Shown: piece by piece, positions 38,915-49,319 of the stretch | Position numbering within the stretch: the stretch's first letter is position 1 | How the letters are laid out: each line of letters begins with the position of its first letter | Assembly: GCA_027486675.1 (NCBI GenBank) | Contig: JAIXOQ010000017.1 | Span: forward strand, 188,231 to 252,230 | Reading direction: 5' to 3' | Source of the DNA: Pseudomonadota bacterium | GTDB lineage: Bacteria > Bdellovibrionota > UBA1018 > CAIMNF01 | Length of the DNA stretch: 64,000 nucleotides | Translations under genes and position numbers: made by a program | The notes under the pieces: model-generated | The model's database searches: none | Told to the model about the DNA's origin: nothing | Seen by the model: only the letters and a program-made list of their open reading frames with translations

Positions 38915-39931
38915 ATGCAGACAACCGTGAATATTGGGATCAATGGCTGCGGCCGTATTGGTCGAAAAGTGCTCAGACTTGCCCTAAACCATCCGACCAT
39001 CCAGGTTCGAGCTTTAAATGAGCCAAACGACATCCAAACGCTGGCCCACCTCTTGAAATATGACTCAGTGCACGGAACCTGGGATGCAGAGGTCGTTGTT
39101 GAAGGACAGGATGTTTTAGTCATCAATGGGAGACGTACTCGGGTTTTTCGTGACCGCGACCCAGCCAGACTGAAGTGGTCTGAGTCAGAAGTGGATCTTG
39201 TTTTAGAATGCACCGGGGTCTTTACAGATAAAGCTCAGGCCAGCGCCCACCTTGCAGGCGGAGCCAAACGTGTGATCATCAGCGCCCCTTCCAAAGACGC
39301 CGACGCCACCCTTTGCATGGGCGTGAATGAAACGACCTATGACCCTCTGAAACACGTGATCGTTTCTAACGCGTCTTGTACAACCAATTGCTTAGCCCCA
39401 GTCGCTAAGGTCCTCGATGATGCCTTCGGCATCGTCAAAGGCACCATGATGACGGTCCATAGTTACACCAATGACCAAAGGATCTTAGATCTCGCCCATA
39501 GCGACCTAAGACGAGCACGGGCTGCGGCCATATCCATGATTCCTACTTCAACCGGCGCCGCAAAAGCGGTGGGCCTAGTTCTTCCTCATTTGAAGGGAAA
39601 ACTAGACGGCCTTTCCATCCGAGTTCCGACGCCCAATGTTTCTGTTGTGGATTTCACATGCGAGGTGAAAAAAACTGCCACCAAAGAATCGGTGAATACC
39701 GCCCTTAAGATCGCATCAGAAACTGCGATGAGAGGCATCCTAGGTTTTTCAACAGCACCGCTCGTCTCATGTGACTTCAATGGCGATATCCGCAGTTCAA
39801 TCGTGGATGCGGATCTCACGATGGTGATCGAAGGCAACATGGTGAAGGTGATTTCGTGGTACGATAACGAATCAGGGTTCTCTAACCGACTGCTTGATTT
39901 AAGCCGATTCATGCACGGTAAGGGCTTATGA
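38915..39931 (+). CDS. gap: Glyceraldehyde-3-phosphate dehydrogenase type I
   Basis: INGCGRIGR, ASCTTNCL, RVPT, WYDNE. Confidence 0.98.
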   Translation: MQTTVNIGINGCGRIGRKVLRLALNHPTIQVRALNEPNDIQTLAHLLKYDSVHGTWDAEVVVEGQDVLVINGRRTRVFRDRDPARLKWSESEVDLVLECTGVFTDKAQASAHLAGGAKRVIISAPSKDADATLCMGVNETTYDPLKHVIVSNASCTTNCLAPVAKVLDDAFGIVKGTMMTVHSYTNDQRILDLAHSDLRRARAAAISMIPTSTGAAKAVGLVLPHLKGKLDGLSIRVPTPNVSVVDFTCEVKKTATKESVNTALKIASETAMRGILGFSTAPLVSCDFNGDIRSSIVDADLTMVIEGNMVKVISWYDNESGFSNRLLDLSRFMHGKGL

Positions 39932-41121
39932 TTCATTCGATTCGCGACCTTGATCTTTTAGGCAAGAGAGTGTTTATCCGGGTGGACTTCAATGTTCCTG
40001 TTGAACTCGACTCAGAAACGAAGAAATACGTCGTGACTGACGCAACCAGAATTCAAGAAGCCTTACCTACGATTCAGCAGGCGATTGAAGGTGGCGCTAA
40101 AATTATCCTGGGTTCCCATTTCGGCCGCCCCAAAGGGAGGCGGGTTGAAAAGGACAGCTTGGTACCAGCCGCTGAAAAGCTCGCGGAATTATTAAACCGT
40201 GATGTCCTTCTCGCCGACGACTGTATTGGAGAGGGCATAGAACTCCGGGCTTCCCAATTAAAAAATGGTGAGATCCTGGTTCTTGAAAACCTACGCTTTT
40301 ATTCGGGCGAAGAAACTGACGACCTAGAATTTGCAAAGTCTCTCGCGCGCCTGGCCGATGTCTACATCAATGATGCTTTCGGTACTTCGCATCGCAAACA
40401 TGCCTCCGTGCACCGGCTCCCCTCACTTATGCCGAACCGTGGCATGGGACTCTTGCTTGAGAAGGAAGTTCGGTACCTCTCCACCCTTTTGGACCACCCG
40501 AAGACTCCGTTTTTTTTGATCTTAGGGGGGGCAAAAGTCAGCGATAAAATCAAAACGATCAGAACTCTTCTGCAAAGAGTTCAAGGCATCGTGATCGGTG
40601 GAGCAATGGCCTACGCTTTTATGAAGGCGAAGGGAGAGAAAATCAACGCTGAGTGGAAGCAACCTGCCCCTGAAGACGTTGAGGCCGCAAAAACAACACT
40701 TCAGTACGCCTTAGACCGAGGAGTGCCCATCCATCTTCCGATCGACAACCATGACGGGTTTGACATTGGCCCTAAGACCATCGCTCGCTTTAAAGAAATT
40801 TTATCGCCTGCTGCAATGATTTTTTGGAATGGGCCCTTAGGCTGGTTCGAGCGTGAACCTTACTCCAAAGGCACGTTTGAAATTGCGGAAGCCATTTCTA
40901 AGACCCATGCACTCAAAGTTGTCGGAGGCGGCGACACCGTGGCCGCGATCCATGCATCGGGCTTGAGCCAACATTTTGATCATCTCTCCACTGGAGGCGG
41001 CGCCTCCCTTGAATTTCTAGAGGGCCACTCACTCCCTGGCATTGATGTTCTTCAGGTGCAAAAACGAGCAGAGAATCCTCGAATTGTCCCAAACCCCAAA
41101 ACTGAGCCAGGATCAGCATGA
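39928..41121 (+). CDS. pgk: Phosphoglycerate kinase
   Basis: RVDFNVP, SHFGRP, LENLRF, DAFG, GGAKVSDK, WNGP.G, GGGD, STGGGASL. Confidence 0.98.
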   Translation: MIHSIRDLDLLGKRVFIRVDFNVPVELDSETKKYVVTDATRIQEALPTIQQAIEGGAKIILGSHFGRPKGRRVEKDSLVPAAEKLAELLNRDVLLADDCIGEGIELRASQLKNGEILVLENLRFYSGEETDDLEFAKSLARLADVYINDAFGTSHRKHASVHRLPSLMPNRGMGLLLEKEVRYLSTLLDHPKTPFFLILGGAKVSDKIKTIRTLLQRVQGIVIGGAMAYAFMKAKGEKINAEWKQPAPEDVEAAKTTLQYALDRGVPIHLPIDNHDGFDIGPKTIARFKEILSPAAMIFWNGPLGWFEREPYSKGTFEIAEAISKTHALKVVGGGDTVAAIHASGLSQHFDHLSTGGGASLEFLEGHSLPGIDVLQVQKRAENPRIVPNPKTEPGSA

Positions 41122-41906
41122 AAAGAAAAGCGGTGCTTGCGGGAAACTGGAAGATGAATTTGGGTCCCGCCCAATCGCTCGACTTCCTGAAATCTTGGTC
41201 AAACTATTCCTGGACTCCAGGCAAAGCTGAAATGTGGCTTTTCCCTTCGACCATCTCGATCCCGAGCATACAGTCAAATGCCACACTTCGGACTGCGAAC
41301 TTTATTTTAGGCGCTCAGAATTGCTCTTCAGAACCCTCTGGTGCCTTCACCGGTGAAACTTCAGCAAAAATGCTGAAGGATGCCAAAGTTCCCCTGGTTT
41401 TGATTGGGCACTCAGAGCGACGATCACTTTTCTTAGAGACCGATGCTGTGCTTGTGAAAAAAGCTCGACTTGCAGTGCAAGAAGACCTTCACGTCCTCTA
41501 CTGCATCGGCGAATCCCTACAAGAAAGACAATCTGGAAAGACCCTAGACGTCATCTTTCAACAGCTCGATGCCGTTCTTACAGATGAAACGCTGAAAGCC
41601 CAAGTGGGTACGACAATTGATTTCGCTTATGAGCCCGTTTGGGCGATTGGGACAGGCCAGGTTGCAACCCCTGAAATTGCGCAAGCGGTACATCATGAAG
41701 CACGGGGCCGCATTCGTACCCGCTTGGGTGACGAGTCCGCTTCCAAGGTACGAATTCTTTACGGCGGAAGCGTGCAACCTGATAACTTTGCTTCTCTGCT
41801 TCTTCAAAAGGATATTGATGGAGGCCTCGTAGGAGGCGCATCGCTAAAAGCCGATGCTTGGAATAAACTTTGGAAGATCATTTGCGAAACGACTGAACAA
41901 GGATAG
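41118..41906 (+). CDS. tpiA: Triosephosphate isomerase
   Basis: GNWKMN, GHSERR, AYEPVWAIGTG, YGGSV, LVGGASL. Confidence 0.98.
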   Translation: MKRKAVLAGNWKMNLGPAQSLDFLKSWSNYSWTPGKAEMWLFPSTISIPSIQSNATLRTANFILGAQNCSSEPSGAFTGETSAKMLKDAKVPLVLIGHSERRSLFLETDAVLVKKARLAVQEDLHVLYCIGESLQERQSGKTLDVIFQQLDAVLTDETLKAQVGTTIDFAYEPVWAIGTGQVATPEIAQAVHHEARGRIRTRLGDESASKVRILYGGSVQPDNFASLLLQKDIDGGLVGGASLKADAWNKLWKIICETTEQG

Positions 41907-41915
41907 GAACACCTT

Positions 41916-42269
41916 ATGCTCATGACAGTAATCACTTACGTTCACATCATCACCATCGTACTCCTCATCACTGCGGTCCTCGTCCGCGCAGGCAAGGGTG
42001 CTGACATCAGCGCAACCTTTGGTGGAAGCAGCCAGACCGTCTTTGGCAGCTCAGGTGGGCAAGACTTCTTTCAAAAACTGACCTACAGCCTGGCCGCATT
42101 CTTCATGCTGACCAGCCTGCTTCTCACTTTGATTCCAACTAAGTTAAAAAAGAGTGTCTTTGATCAGTACACTCCTCCACCTGCTGCGGCAGTGCCAGCC
42201 CAGACTGCGCCAGCGTCTTCGACAGGGACTGAAGCCGCGGCTCCAGTTCAGACCGATCAAAAGCGCTAA
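41916..42269 (+). CDS. secG: Preprotein translocase subunit SecG
   Basis: Two TM helices around 'GKGADISATFGGSSQTVFGSSG'; follows tpiA. Confidence 0.93.
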   Translation: MLMTVITYVHIITIVLLITAVLVRAGKGADISATFGGSSQTVFGSSGGQDFFQKLTYSLAAFFMLTSLLLTLIPTKLKKSVFDQYTPPPAAAVPAQTAPASSTGTEAAAPVQTDQKR

Positions 42270-43630
42270 AATATCTCTGCAATCACTTTTCTTCGGTGTG
42301 CAAAGATTTGACCAACATCGTGTCTAATCTTTGCGCCTCCAAAAATGCGACCCAAGAGTCCCATAGGGATTTCGTATCGGACCCAGTCACGCATCAGTGT
42401 GCCTTTGCCAAGAGAAACAAAGGAGTGTTCGTGATACCAAAGCTTGTATGGCCCACTCTCTTGGTTGTCGACAAAACTATGCGGGGGATTCCACTTCGCA
42501 ATACGTGTCACCCAGGAAAGCGGAATGCCGTGGAGCGACAAGCGGTAGCGGATGATTGTGTCTTTTTCTATTTCTGGGGTCGACATAGAGACGATCTTAA
42601 AACCAAGAAAATCAGGGGTGATTCGCTCTAAGTTCTTGGCTTCGGAAAAGAATTCGAACATCTCGTCGATAGGTCGATCCACGTACTGATAGGCCAAAAA
42701 ATATTGCGTAGTGGTCACAAGACCAAACGGATGCTCAACGATGCGCGCCGCTTCCGAAATCGCGGCATCGATCGTTCCAAGTTGAAACTGAAACCCAGCA
42801 TCCATCAGCTTCCTCGGATAAGCCCGTGTGGACCCAAGCAAGAGGGACGCAAGCTCACCAAAAGCAAGCTTAAGGGCGGTTTTCGGCACCGGAGCAAAGG
42901 AGGCTGCACGAAAGTGCCTAGATACTGCACGAGACAGTTCAAGGTCCTGGCAGGGTTCGGGAGCAGTGAGGTTGACTGCGCCTGAAATCTTCGAGGTCTT
43001 TAAACAAAACAAAACAGCGGAGAGCCAATCCTTAAGCGCAATCCAGGACATGTACTGAGAACCACTCCCGAGACGCCCCCCTACTCCACTAAAATAAAGA
43101 GGCAGCATTTTTCCTAAAGCTCCGCCTTCCTCGCTGATCACAACACCCGTGCGAAGAAGTACCGTGCGAACAGAGCTTGAGACTTTCAAGGCCTCAGCCT
43201 CCCATGCCACGCAAAGCTCGGCTGCGAAACCAGTCCCTGAGACAGAGGTCTCATCTACAATCGCTTCTCCTGTATCCCCGTAAATTCCAGTTGCCGAAGC
43301 CGACAGGAAAACCTTTGGACGATCAGACTCTTTCATGCTTTGAATCATAGCCACCACTGCGTTTGTGGTCTTGAGCCGACTGTCGGTCAGTAGCTTCTTG
43401 CGTTCCTCGGTCCATCTGCTTTCCGAAATATTCTCACCCGCCAGATGAATCACCGCATCGAGTGGGCCGACTGAAACACCCCACTCAGCACAGGTAGCAG
43501 GAAAACTGAATGCCCCTTTGGCGCGCGAAAGATCCCTGACCCATGCAAAGATCTCGTGGCCTTCGCCTACAAGCTTGCGCCCCAAAGCCTGCCCTAGCAT
43601 TCCAGTCGCACCTGTCAGAAGAATTCGCAT
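42266..43630 (-). CDS. TIGR01777 family NAD-dependent oxidoreductase fused to SRPBCC domain
   Basis: 'LTGATGMLG', 'HLAGENI...RW', 'SASATG.YG', 'WE'; C-terminal 'NLERITP', 'FVD.Q..GPY..W.HEH'. Confidence 0.92.
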   Translation of the reverse strand: MRILLTGATGMLGQALGRKLVGEGHEIFAWVRDLSRAKGAFSFPATCAEWGVSVGPLDAVIHLAGENISESRWTEERKKLLTDSRLKTTNAVVAMIQSMKESDRPKVFLSASATGIYGDTGEAIVDETSVSGTGFAAELCVAWEAEALKVSSSVRTVLLRTGVVISEEGGALGKMLPLYFSGVGGRLGSGSQYMSWIALKDWLSAVLFCLKTSKISGAVNLTAPEPCQDLELSRAVSRHFRAASFAPVPKTALKLAFGELASLLLGSTRAYPRKLMDAGFQFQLGTIDAAISEAARIVEHPFGLVTTTQYFLAYQYVDRPIDEMFEFFSEAKNLERITPDFLGFKIVSMSTPEIEKDTIIRYRLSLHGIPLSWVTRIAKWNPPHSFVDNQESGPYKLWYHEHSFVSLGKGTLMRDWVRYEIPMGLLGRIFGGAKIRHDVGQIFAHRRKVIAEIF

Positions 43631-43649
43631 AATTGGTCTATTGTAGCGG

Positions 43650-43697
43650 AAAAGAAAGAAAGACCCCCATTGCAAGTTAGGCAATGGAGGCCTTTTT
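43650..43697 (-). terminator. Rho-independent terminator of fusA
   Basis: Minus strand AAAGGCCTCCATTGC-loop-GCAATGGGGGTCTTT (15 bp with G-U pairs) followed by CTTTCTTTT. Confidence 0.75.
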
Positions 43698-43726
43698 AGT
43701 CTGTTGAAGATTTTAGAGGACTAAGA

Positions 43727-45844
43727 TCAGCCTTTAGCTTCTTTAGCTCGGCGCTCTTGGTACTTCTTCATCAGCTCATCCTGCACGTTCCTAGGTGCAG
43801 CCATGTACTTTAGGAATTCCATCGAAAATTCGCCTTTACCTTGGGTCGCCGAACGAAGGTCGGTTGAATATCCGAACATTTCTGAAAGCGGAACTTCAGA
43901 CTCAATCACGCAGTAACCCTCTTGGGTTCCACTGTTGACGATCACACCCCGACGTTGGTTCACCTGACCCATTACGGATCCTTGGAACTCCTCAGGTGCA
44001 GTCACTTCAAGTTTCATGATGGGCTCAAGGACCACTGGGTTTGCGCGCTCATAGCCTTCCCGAAAGCCCATAAGACCTGCCGTCTTAAAGGCTTGTTCAG
44101 ACGAGTCAACCGCGTGGTAAGCGCCGTCCTCGATCACGCAGCGTACACCAACGATTGGAAACCCGATGAGCTTCCCTTCCTTGATCGCTTCTCTAAATCC
44201 TTTATCCACCGCAGGAATAAAGTTCCTTGGGATCACTCCGCCTGTGATTTCATCCACAAACTCATACTGAAGCACTGCATCCGCTGGCAGCGGCTCCAAA
44301 TACCCAGCTACGCGACCGAACTGACCGGAACCACCCGTTTGTTTCTTGTGGGTGTAGTTAAATGGAGCTTTGGTCGTGATGGTTTCACGATAGGCAACCT
44401 GAGGTTTACCCACGACAACTTCACAGTTGTACTCACGCTTCATACGCTCGCAGTAAATCTCCAAGTGCAATTCGCCCATGCCGCTGATGATGGTCTGATT
44501 GGATTCATCATCGCGATGCACGCGGAAAGTTGGATCTTCTTTGGTGAATCTGTTCAGAGCTTTAGAGAAGTTGGTTTCACCTGACTTATCCTTTGGCGCA
44601 ATCGCTAAAGAAATAACAGCGTCAGGAACAAACATCGAGGTCATCGAGTACTTCACTTTTCCGTCGGTAAAAGTATCACCGGAAGAACACTCAACACCGA
44701 AGAGAGCTACGATATCGCCCGCTTTTGCGGCATCAACATCGTTCATCTCATTCGCGTGCATACGCACGATACGAGGCACTTTCACGCGCTTGCCGTTAGT
44801 GGAGTTAATGATGAAGTCGCCTTTATTGATGGAACCTTGATAGAGGCGCATGTAGGTCAACTGGCCGTAGCGTCCATCTTCCAACTTAAACGCAAGGCCC
44901 ACGAATGGAAGTTCTGGCTCGGCTTTAAGGCTGATTGGAGCTTCAGCGTTGTTTTGGTCGAGTGCAATGTTTTCTTTTTCTGTTGGGCTTGGTAGGTAGC
45001 TGAGTACGCCATCGAGCAAGATCTGAACGCCTTTGTTTTTATAAGCAGAGCCCATAAATACAGGGGTCAGTCCAAGAGACAAGCAACCCTTACGAATCCC
45101 TGCACGCAGTTCATCGACTGTGACTGGCTTACCATCCAGGTATTTTTCAGCTAGTCCTTCGTCATACTCTGCTGCTGCACTGATCAATTCTTCACGGTAC
45201 TTCGTGACTTCAGACATGAGGTCTGCTGGCACTTCTTCTTCACGAATGTTCTCCCCGTTTTCTCCGTCGAAGTAGAAAGCCTTCATGGTCACAAGATCAA
45301 CAACGCCTTTGAATTGATCTTCAGCACCGATCGGATAGGTCACGAAATGCGCATTGTGGCGCAGTTTCTCGCGAAGCTGTTGAATGCCGCGGAATGGGTT
45401 CGCCCCTGCACGGTCCATCTTGTTGATGAAGCAAAGACGAGGCACTTTATAACGGCGCATTTGGCGATCCACTGTAATGGACTGCGATTGAACGCCGGCA
45501 ACTGAGCAAAGAACAAGAACAGCACCATCAAGAACACGCAGAGCGCGCTCCACTTCGATTGTGAAGTCCACGTGACCCGGAGTGTCGATCAGGTTGATGT
45601 TGTAGTCTTTCCACATGCAGTAGGTTGCTGCCGACTGGATGGTGATTCCTTTTTCACGCTCGAGCTCCATAAAGTCCATCGTGGCGCCGACCTGGTCCTT
45701 ACCCTTCACTTCGTGAATGGCGTGGATCTTAGACGTGTAGAACAAAATGCGTTCCGACAAAGTTGTTTTGCCGGAATCGATGTGAGCGGAAATCCCGATG
45801 TTTCTGACTTTTTCAATAGGTAACTTTTGCGCTTCGGTGGACAT
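43727..45844 (-). CDS. fusA: Elongation factor G (stand-alone, spirochaete/delta/mitochondrial EF-G1-like)
   Basis: '[15 protein letters not shown]', 'GITIQSAAT', 'DTPGHVDF', 'GMGELHL', 'KQTGGSGQF'. Confidence 0.97.
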   Translation of the reverse strand: MSTEAQKLPIEKVRNIGISAHIDSGKTTLSERILFYTSKIHAIHEVKGKDQVGATMDFMELEREKGITIQSAATYCMWKDYNINLIDTPGHVDFTIEVERALRVLDGAVLVLCSVAGVQSQSITVDRQMRRYKVPRLCFINKMDRAGANPFRGIQQLREKLRHNAHFVTYPIGAEDQFKGVVDLVTMKAFYFDGENGENIREEEVPADLMSEVTKYREELISAAAEYDEGLAEKYLDGKPVTVDELRAGIRKGCLSLGLTPVFMGSAYKNKGVQILLDGVLSYLPSPTEKENIALDQNNAEAPISLKAEPELPFVGLAFKLEDGRYGQLTYMRLYQGSINKGDFIINSTNGKRVKVPRIVRMHANEMNDVDAAKAGDIVALFGVECSSGDTFTDGKVKYSMTSMFVPDAVISLAIAPKDKSGETNFSKALNRFTKEDPTFRVHRDDESNQTIISGMGELHLEIYCERMKREYNCEVVVGKPQVAYRETITTKAPFNYTHKKQTGGSGQFGRVAGYLEPLPADAVLQYEFVDEITGGVIPRNFIPAVDKGFREAIKEGKLIGFPIVGVRCVIEDGAYHAVDSSEQAFKTAGLMGFREGYERANPVVLEPIMKLEVTAPEEFQGSVMGQVNQRRGVIVNSGTQEGYCVIESEVPLSEMFGYSTDLRSATQGKGEFSMEFLKYMAAPRNVQDELMKKYQERRAKEAKG

Positions 45845-45947
45845 GAGTCACACACTCCTTAAACTTGGTTTTCGACTTTTTTGGATTAGTACTTTAGATA
45901 CCTTACGCGTGTGCGGAATGCAAACCTCTCGGTTAGGATAAACGCAC

Positions 45948-46484
45948 ATGGCAAAGCACCTTTTATGGCTCGATATGGAAATGACCGGCTTAGATGAAGC
46001 AAAAGACCAAATTCTTGAGGTCGCAGTCCGCGTCACCGACTGGAACCTGCAAAGCGTCGCCGAAGCGGAATGGGTCGTCTTTCAGCCCAATTCAGTTTTA
46101 GAAAACATGAACGACTGGTGTAAGGAAAACCATGGAAAGAGCGGTCTCACCGCAAAAGTTCCAACCGGAAAACCTTTGATCCTGGTGGAGTCAGAGCTCG
46201 TTCAGTTTGTCGAAAAGTACTTCGGGCAAAAGCGTGGAAAAGAAGGCGCAGTACTCGCTGGGAACTCGATCCACAACGACCGCAGGTTTATTGAGCGGTA
46301 TATGCCAAAATTCGCTGAGACTCTTCATTACAGGATGGTGGATGTAAGCTCCTTCAAAGAAGTATTCCGAGAGCGCTTCTCAGTTACATATGAAAAGAAA
46401 AATGCTCATCGAGCATTAGATGACTTAAATGAATCCATTGCGGAGCTGCAACACTATCTCAGCCTAGTAAACTTAACTAAATGA
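45948..46484 (+). CDS. orn: Oligoribonuclease
   Basis: 'WLDMEMTGL', 'GNSIHNDRRF', 'HYR.VDVSS', 'HRALDD..ES'. Confidence 0.96.
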   Translation: MAKHLLWLDMEMTGLDEAKDQILEVAVRVTDWNLQSVAEAEWVVFQPNSVLENMNDWCKENHGKSGLTAKVPTGKPLILVESELVQFVEKYFGQKRGKEGAVLAGNSIHNDRRFIERYMPKFAETLHYRMVDVSSFKEVFRERFSVTYEKKNAHRALDDLNESIAELQHYLSLVNLTK

Positions 46485-46514
46485 TTCCTTGCTAAGTTTT
46501 TAAACTGACATATT

Positions 46515-47315
46515 ATGTCGGAAATCATGAGCTGCATACCACGGATAGCCCTACTTCAACTGTTCGCTCTCTGTGCGGCGCCACTTGCACAAGCAAGCGG
46601 ATACGAAAAAGAGCTTTGCGAAATTGCGACAACTCTTCACGACGACAGCCACTGGCTACACGTAGAGAGCAGCGTTTATGGTCACGATACACTCACCTTA
46701 AATGCAATTGTCGGGACCGAAGTCCGAAAGATTCGCACATGGTCCTTCAGTTACGACGGACGCGAGCGAGTACTCAAATTGACGCGATCAGATACTCTTT
46801 CAATGAATGGTCTTGAAAAGATTTCGGACGCGATTGAGGGTGCCGCCCTACAACGCATCATAGGCTTGCACCCAAAAGCAAAGTACGTTCGAGTTGAAAT
46901 GCATACTGGGCAATATTTTGATCGCTTCCTAAAAAGATTCGAGAAGTCATTAAAAGTCCACGGCGCAGAAGGTTCAACCACCCGAGAGCAAGACCTGGTG
47001 CTTCTGGATCTCTTAGATCGTTCGCTTAACGCCGGTCAGAACCAACTGGATCAAGATCCAGAGCTCATTGAATTTTCGATGCATTGGAGTGACTTGATTC
47101 ATGAGCTACAAAAGAATAAGCCCGAGGTCTGGGATGAACTCATCACACCTTTGGTGACAGCGCGGGCTGAACAAAGGGCACGTTTTGGAACTTCTTCTCA
47201 GGGCCAGTTTACGGTCATGAAAAACAGTATCTCAATGGAGTTCAGAGTCATCAGCCAAACCCCTGTGTTGCTCCAGGTCCCGTACCTCAACTTCACTATG
47301 ATTCGTAAGCAGTAG
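46515..47315 (+). CDS. Hypothetical secreted protein
   Basis: 266-aa ORF with signal peptide ending AQA. Confidence 0.7.
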   Translation: MSEIMSCIPRIALLQLFALCAAPLAQASGYEKELCEIATTLHDDSHWLHVESSVYGHDTLTLNAIVGTEVRKIRTWSFSYDGRERVLKLTRSDTLSMNGLEKISDAIEGAALQRIIGLHPKAKYVRVEMHTGQYFDRFLKRFEKSLKVHGAEGSTTREQDLVLLDLLDRSLNAGQNQLDQDPELIEFSMHWSDLIHELQKNKPEVWDELITPLVTARAEQRARFGTSSQGQFTVMKNSISMEFRVISQTPVLLQVPYLNFTMIRKQ

Positions 47316-48081
47316 CAGGATCGAGCTCCAGGTACACAGGACAGTGATCTGATCCCTTGACCTGAGTCTGATGCCCCACATCTCGAACCTTTTCAACGAG
47401 GTCCGAAGACACGACATGGTAGTCGATACGCCAGCCTACGTTGCGTTCACGAGCACCACCGCGGTAGCTCCACCAAGTGTAGAGCGCCTTTTTCCCAGGA
47501 TTTCTTTCGCGCATGACATCCCGCATGCCAGAGGCGAGGAGCTCGGTCATCCACGCTCGTTCTTGTGGGAAGTAACCTGGTGACTCTTCATTCTCTTTGG
47601 GGCGGGCAAGATCGATCTCAGTGTGTGCAATATTAAAGTCGCCATTCATCACAACGGAGTGCCCCTTCTTCCGCTCAGCCAGACTTCGCTTTAAGAACAG
47701 CTCACAAAATTTCTTTTTAAAAGAAAGACGCGCGCCGCCTTCCTGGCTATTTGGAAAATACGCCGTCATGAGAACCAGCTTTTTAAACCGGAGGATGATC
47801 ACGCGCCCCTCCGCGTCGACTTCTTCGTCGCCAATACCTATCGTCACTTCGTCAGGTGGGATTCGGGTCCAAACGGCCGTACCCGAATAACCTGGCTTCT
47901 TTGCAGCATTCCAAATGCGGGTATAGCCAGGGATCTCTACAACCTCAGGCGGGACCTGGTGTTCTTGCGCTTTCACTTCCTGCAAACAAACAACATCTGC
48001 GTCTTGGGCATGGAACCACTCGGTAAAACCTTTGCTCGCAATCGCGCGCACTCCATTCACATTCCAACAAACAATTTTCAT
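47296..48081 (-). CDS. xth: Exodeoxyribonuclease III
   Basis: 'WNVNG', 'CLQEVK', 'GYSG', 'GDFN.AH', 'WWSYR', 'GWRIDY', 'SDHCP'. Confidence 0.97.
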   Translation of the reverse strand: MKIVCWNVNGVRAIASKGFTEWFHAQDADVVCLQEVKAQEHQVPPEVVEIPGYTRIWNAAKKPGYSGTAVWTRIPPDEVTIGIGDEEVDAEGRVIILRFKKLVLMTAYFPNSQEGGARLSFKKKFCELFLKRSLAERKKGHSVVMNGDFNIAHTEIDLARPKENEESPGYFPQERAWMTELLASGMRDVMRERNPGKKALYTWWSYRGGARERNVGWRIDYHVVSSDLVEKVRDVGHQTQVKGSDHCPVYLELDPATAYES

Positions 48082-48082
48082 C

Positions 48083-48550
48083 CTAGACCTCCCACCGGTG
48101 ATAAGCCGGATGGCCTTCTTTCACTGCTACAAATGTTCCTTCACAGGTCGCAGTCACTCTCCCCGCGGAACGAAGCTCAGCTTTCACCTTCACACGGTCT
48201 GAAAGAACCTCTACGCCATGGGCCGTAAGACTCAGCACTGCGTCGACCGGAGTCGGTGCGCGAAGTTTGATGTGAAAGTCCGCGGTCACGGTGCAAGGCG
48301 GAACCACTAAGCCAGAGCCCTTCATCAATAAATACGCAGCCGTCCAATTCGAGTGACAATCTAAGATCGCACCAATAATTCCGCCGTTTAAGACTCCCGG
48401 AAATGCTTGATGCTTAAGAAGAGGCTGAAACTCGGCGCGAACAACTCCGTCTGCTCCCGCGAAGCTTGATACGTGCAAGCCGTCTGGGTTCATTGGGCCA
48501 CAGCCAAAACAAATGCTACGGGGCGCAAACTCTTTCTGAAGGGAGACCAT
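48083..48550 (-). CDS. PaaI family (hotdog) thioesterase
   Basis: 'CFGCG..NPDGL', 'HQAFPGVLNGGIIGAILD'. Confidence 0.88.
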   Translation of the reverse strand: MVSLQKEFAPRSICFGCGPMNPDGLHVSSFAGADGVVRAEFQPLLKHQAFPGVLNGGIIGAILDCHSNWTAAYLLMKGSGLVVPPCTVTADFHIKLRAPTPVDAVLSLTAHGVEVLSDRVKVKAELRSAGRVTATCEGTFVAVKEGHPAYHRWEV

Positions 48551-48611
48551 GTCTTTCTTATCGCCGATTTGTTGATTCCGACACAATGAGCTAGCGTCTA
48601 AATCTGAGCCA

Positions 48612-49319
48612 ATGCGCGTAAAAATCTTTCAAAACCACCAAGATCTCTACACGATGCTTGTTGATGACTTCCTTCAGGCTTCCAGTTGCGGTCCTAGCCG
48701 CCAGATCGCGCTTCCGACTGGGAAAACGGTCGTTCCGTTTTATCGGGAGCTATCCATCAGAAAATCAGAGATCCAGGACTGGAGCGTCTTTCCTTTGGAT
48801 GAATATCTGGGGCTCGCCAAGGATCACCCAGATAGTTTTTCTCAAACGCTCCAAGATCAGTTCTTTTCCTGGGCGACACCGCATATCAAACATCGCTACA
48901 CGTGGCAGGCAGACCGATCTCTTATACAGGACGCCCTTCGCGTGATTCCGCTCGACTGCGCGTTACTTGGAGTGGGCGTGAACGGGCATGTCGCATTCAA
49001 CGAGCCGGGCTCAAAATCCTCGGACTCGATCCGAGAAGTGGTACTGACGAAAGAAACGCGGGAGCGAAATTTTGGTCCGCGCATTGATTCCTCTCCCACC
49101 CATGCAATCACGCTTGGAATCAAAGAACTCCTCGAAACAAAGAAATTATTGGTTGTAGCGACAGGAGCTAGCAAAAAAACCATTCTCACGAAAGCATTCG
49201 CTCAACCCGGCGAAGAGATCCCGGTCTCCCTTCTGTTAGGCCACAAAGATATTGTCTTTTACTTCGACGCGGATGCCGCACCAGAGGCGTCTCTTGGCCA
49301 AAGCTCAGGCGCACAGTAG
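48612..49319 (+). CDS. nagB: Glucosamine-6-phosphate deaminase
   Basis: 'LPTGKT', 'LDEY', 'GVGVNGHVAFNEPG', 'AITLGI'. Confidence 0.85.
   Translation: MRVKIFQNHQDLYTMLVDDFLQASSCGPSRQIALPTGKTVVPFYRELSIRKSEIQDWSVFPLDEYLGLAKDHPDSFSQTLQDQFFSWATPHIKHRYTWQADRSLIQDALRVIPLDCALLGVGVNGHVAFNEPGSKSSDSIREVVLTKETRERNFGPRIDSSPTHAITLGIKELLETKKLLVVATGASKKTILTKAFAQPGEEIPVSLLLGHKDIVFYFDADAAPEASLGQSSGAQ

Noticed and set aside
43922..44584. 220-aa + strand ORF and other long antisense ORFs (e.g. 54782-55279, 62484-63032, 9175-9627)
   Set aside because: Shadow frames opposite well-supported genes, with no recognisable motifs.
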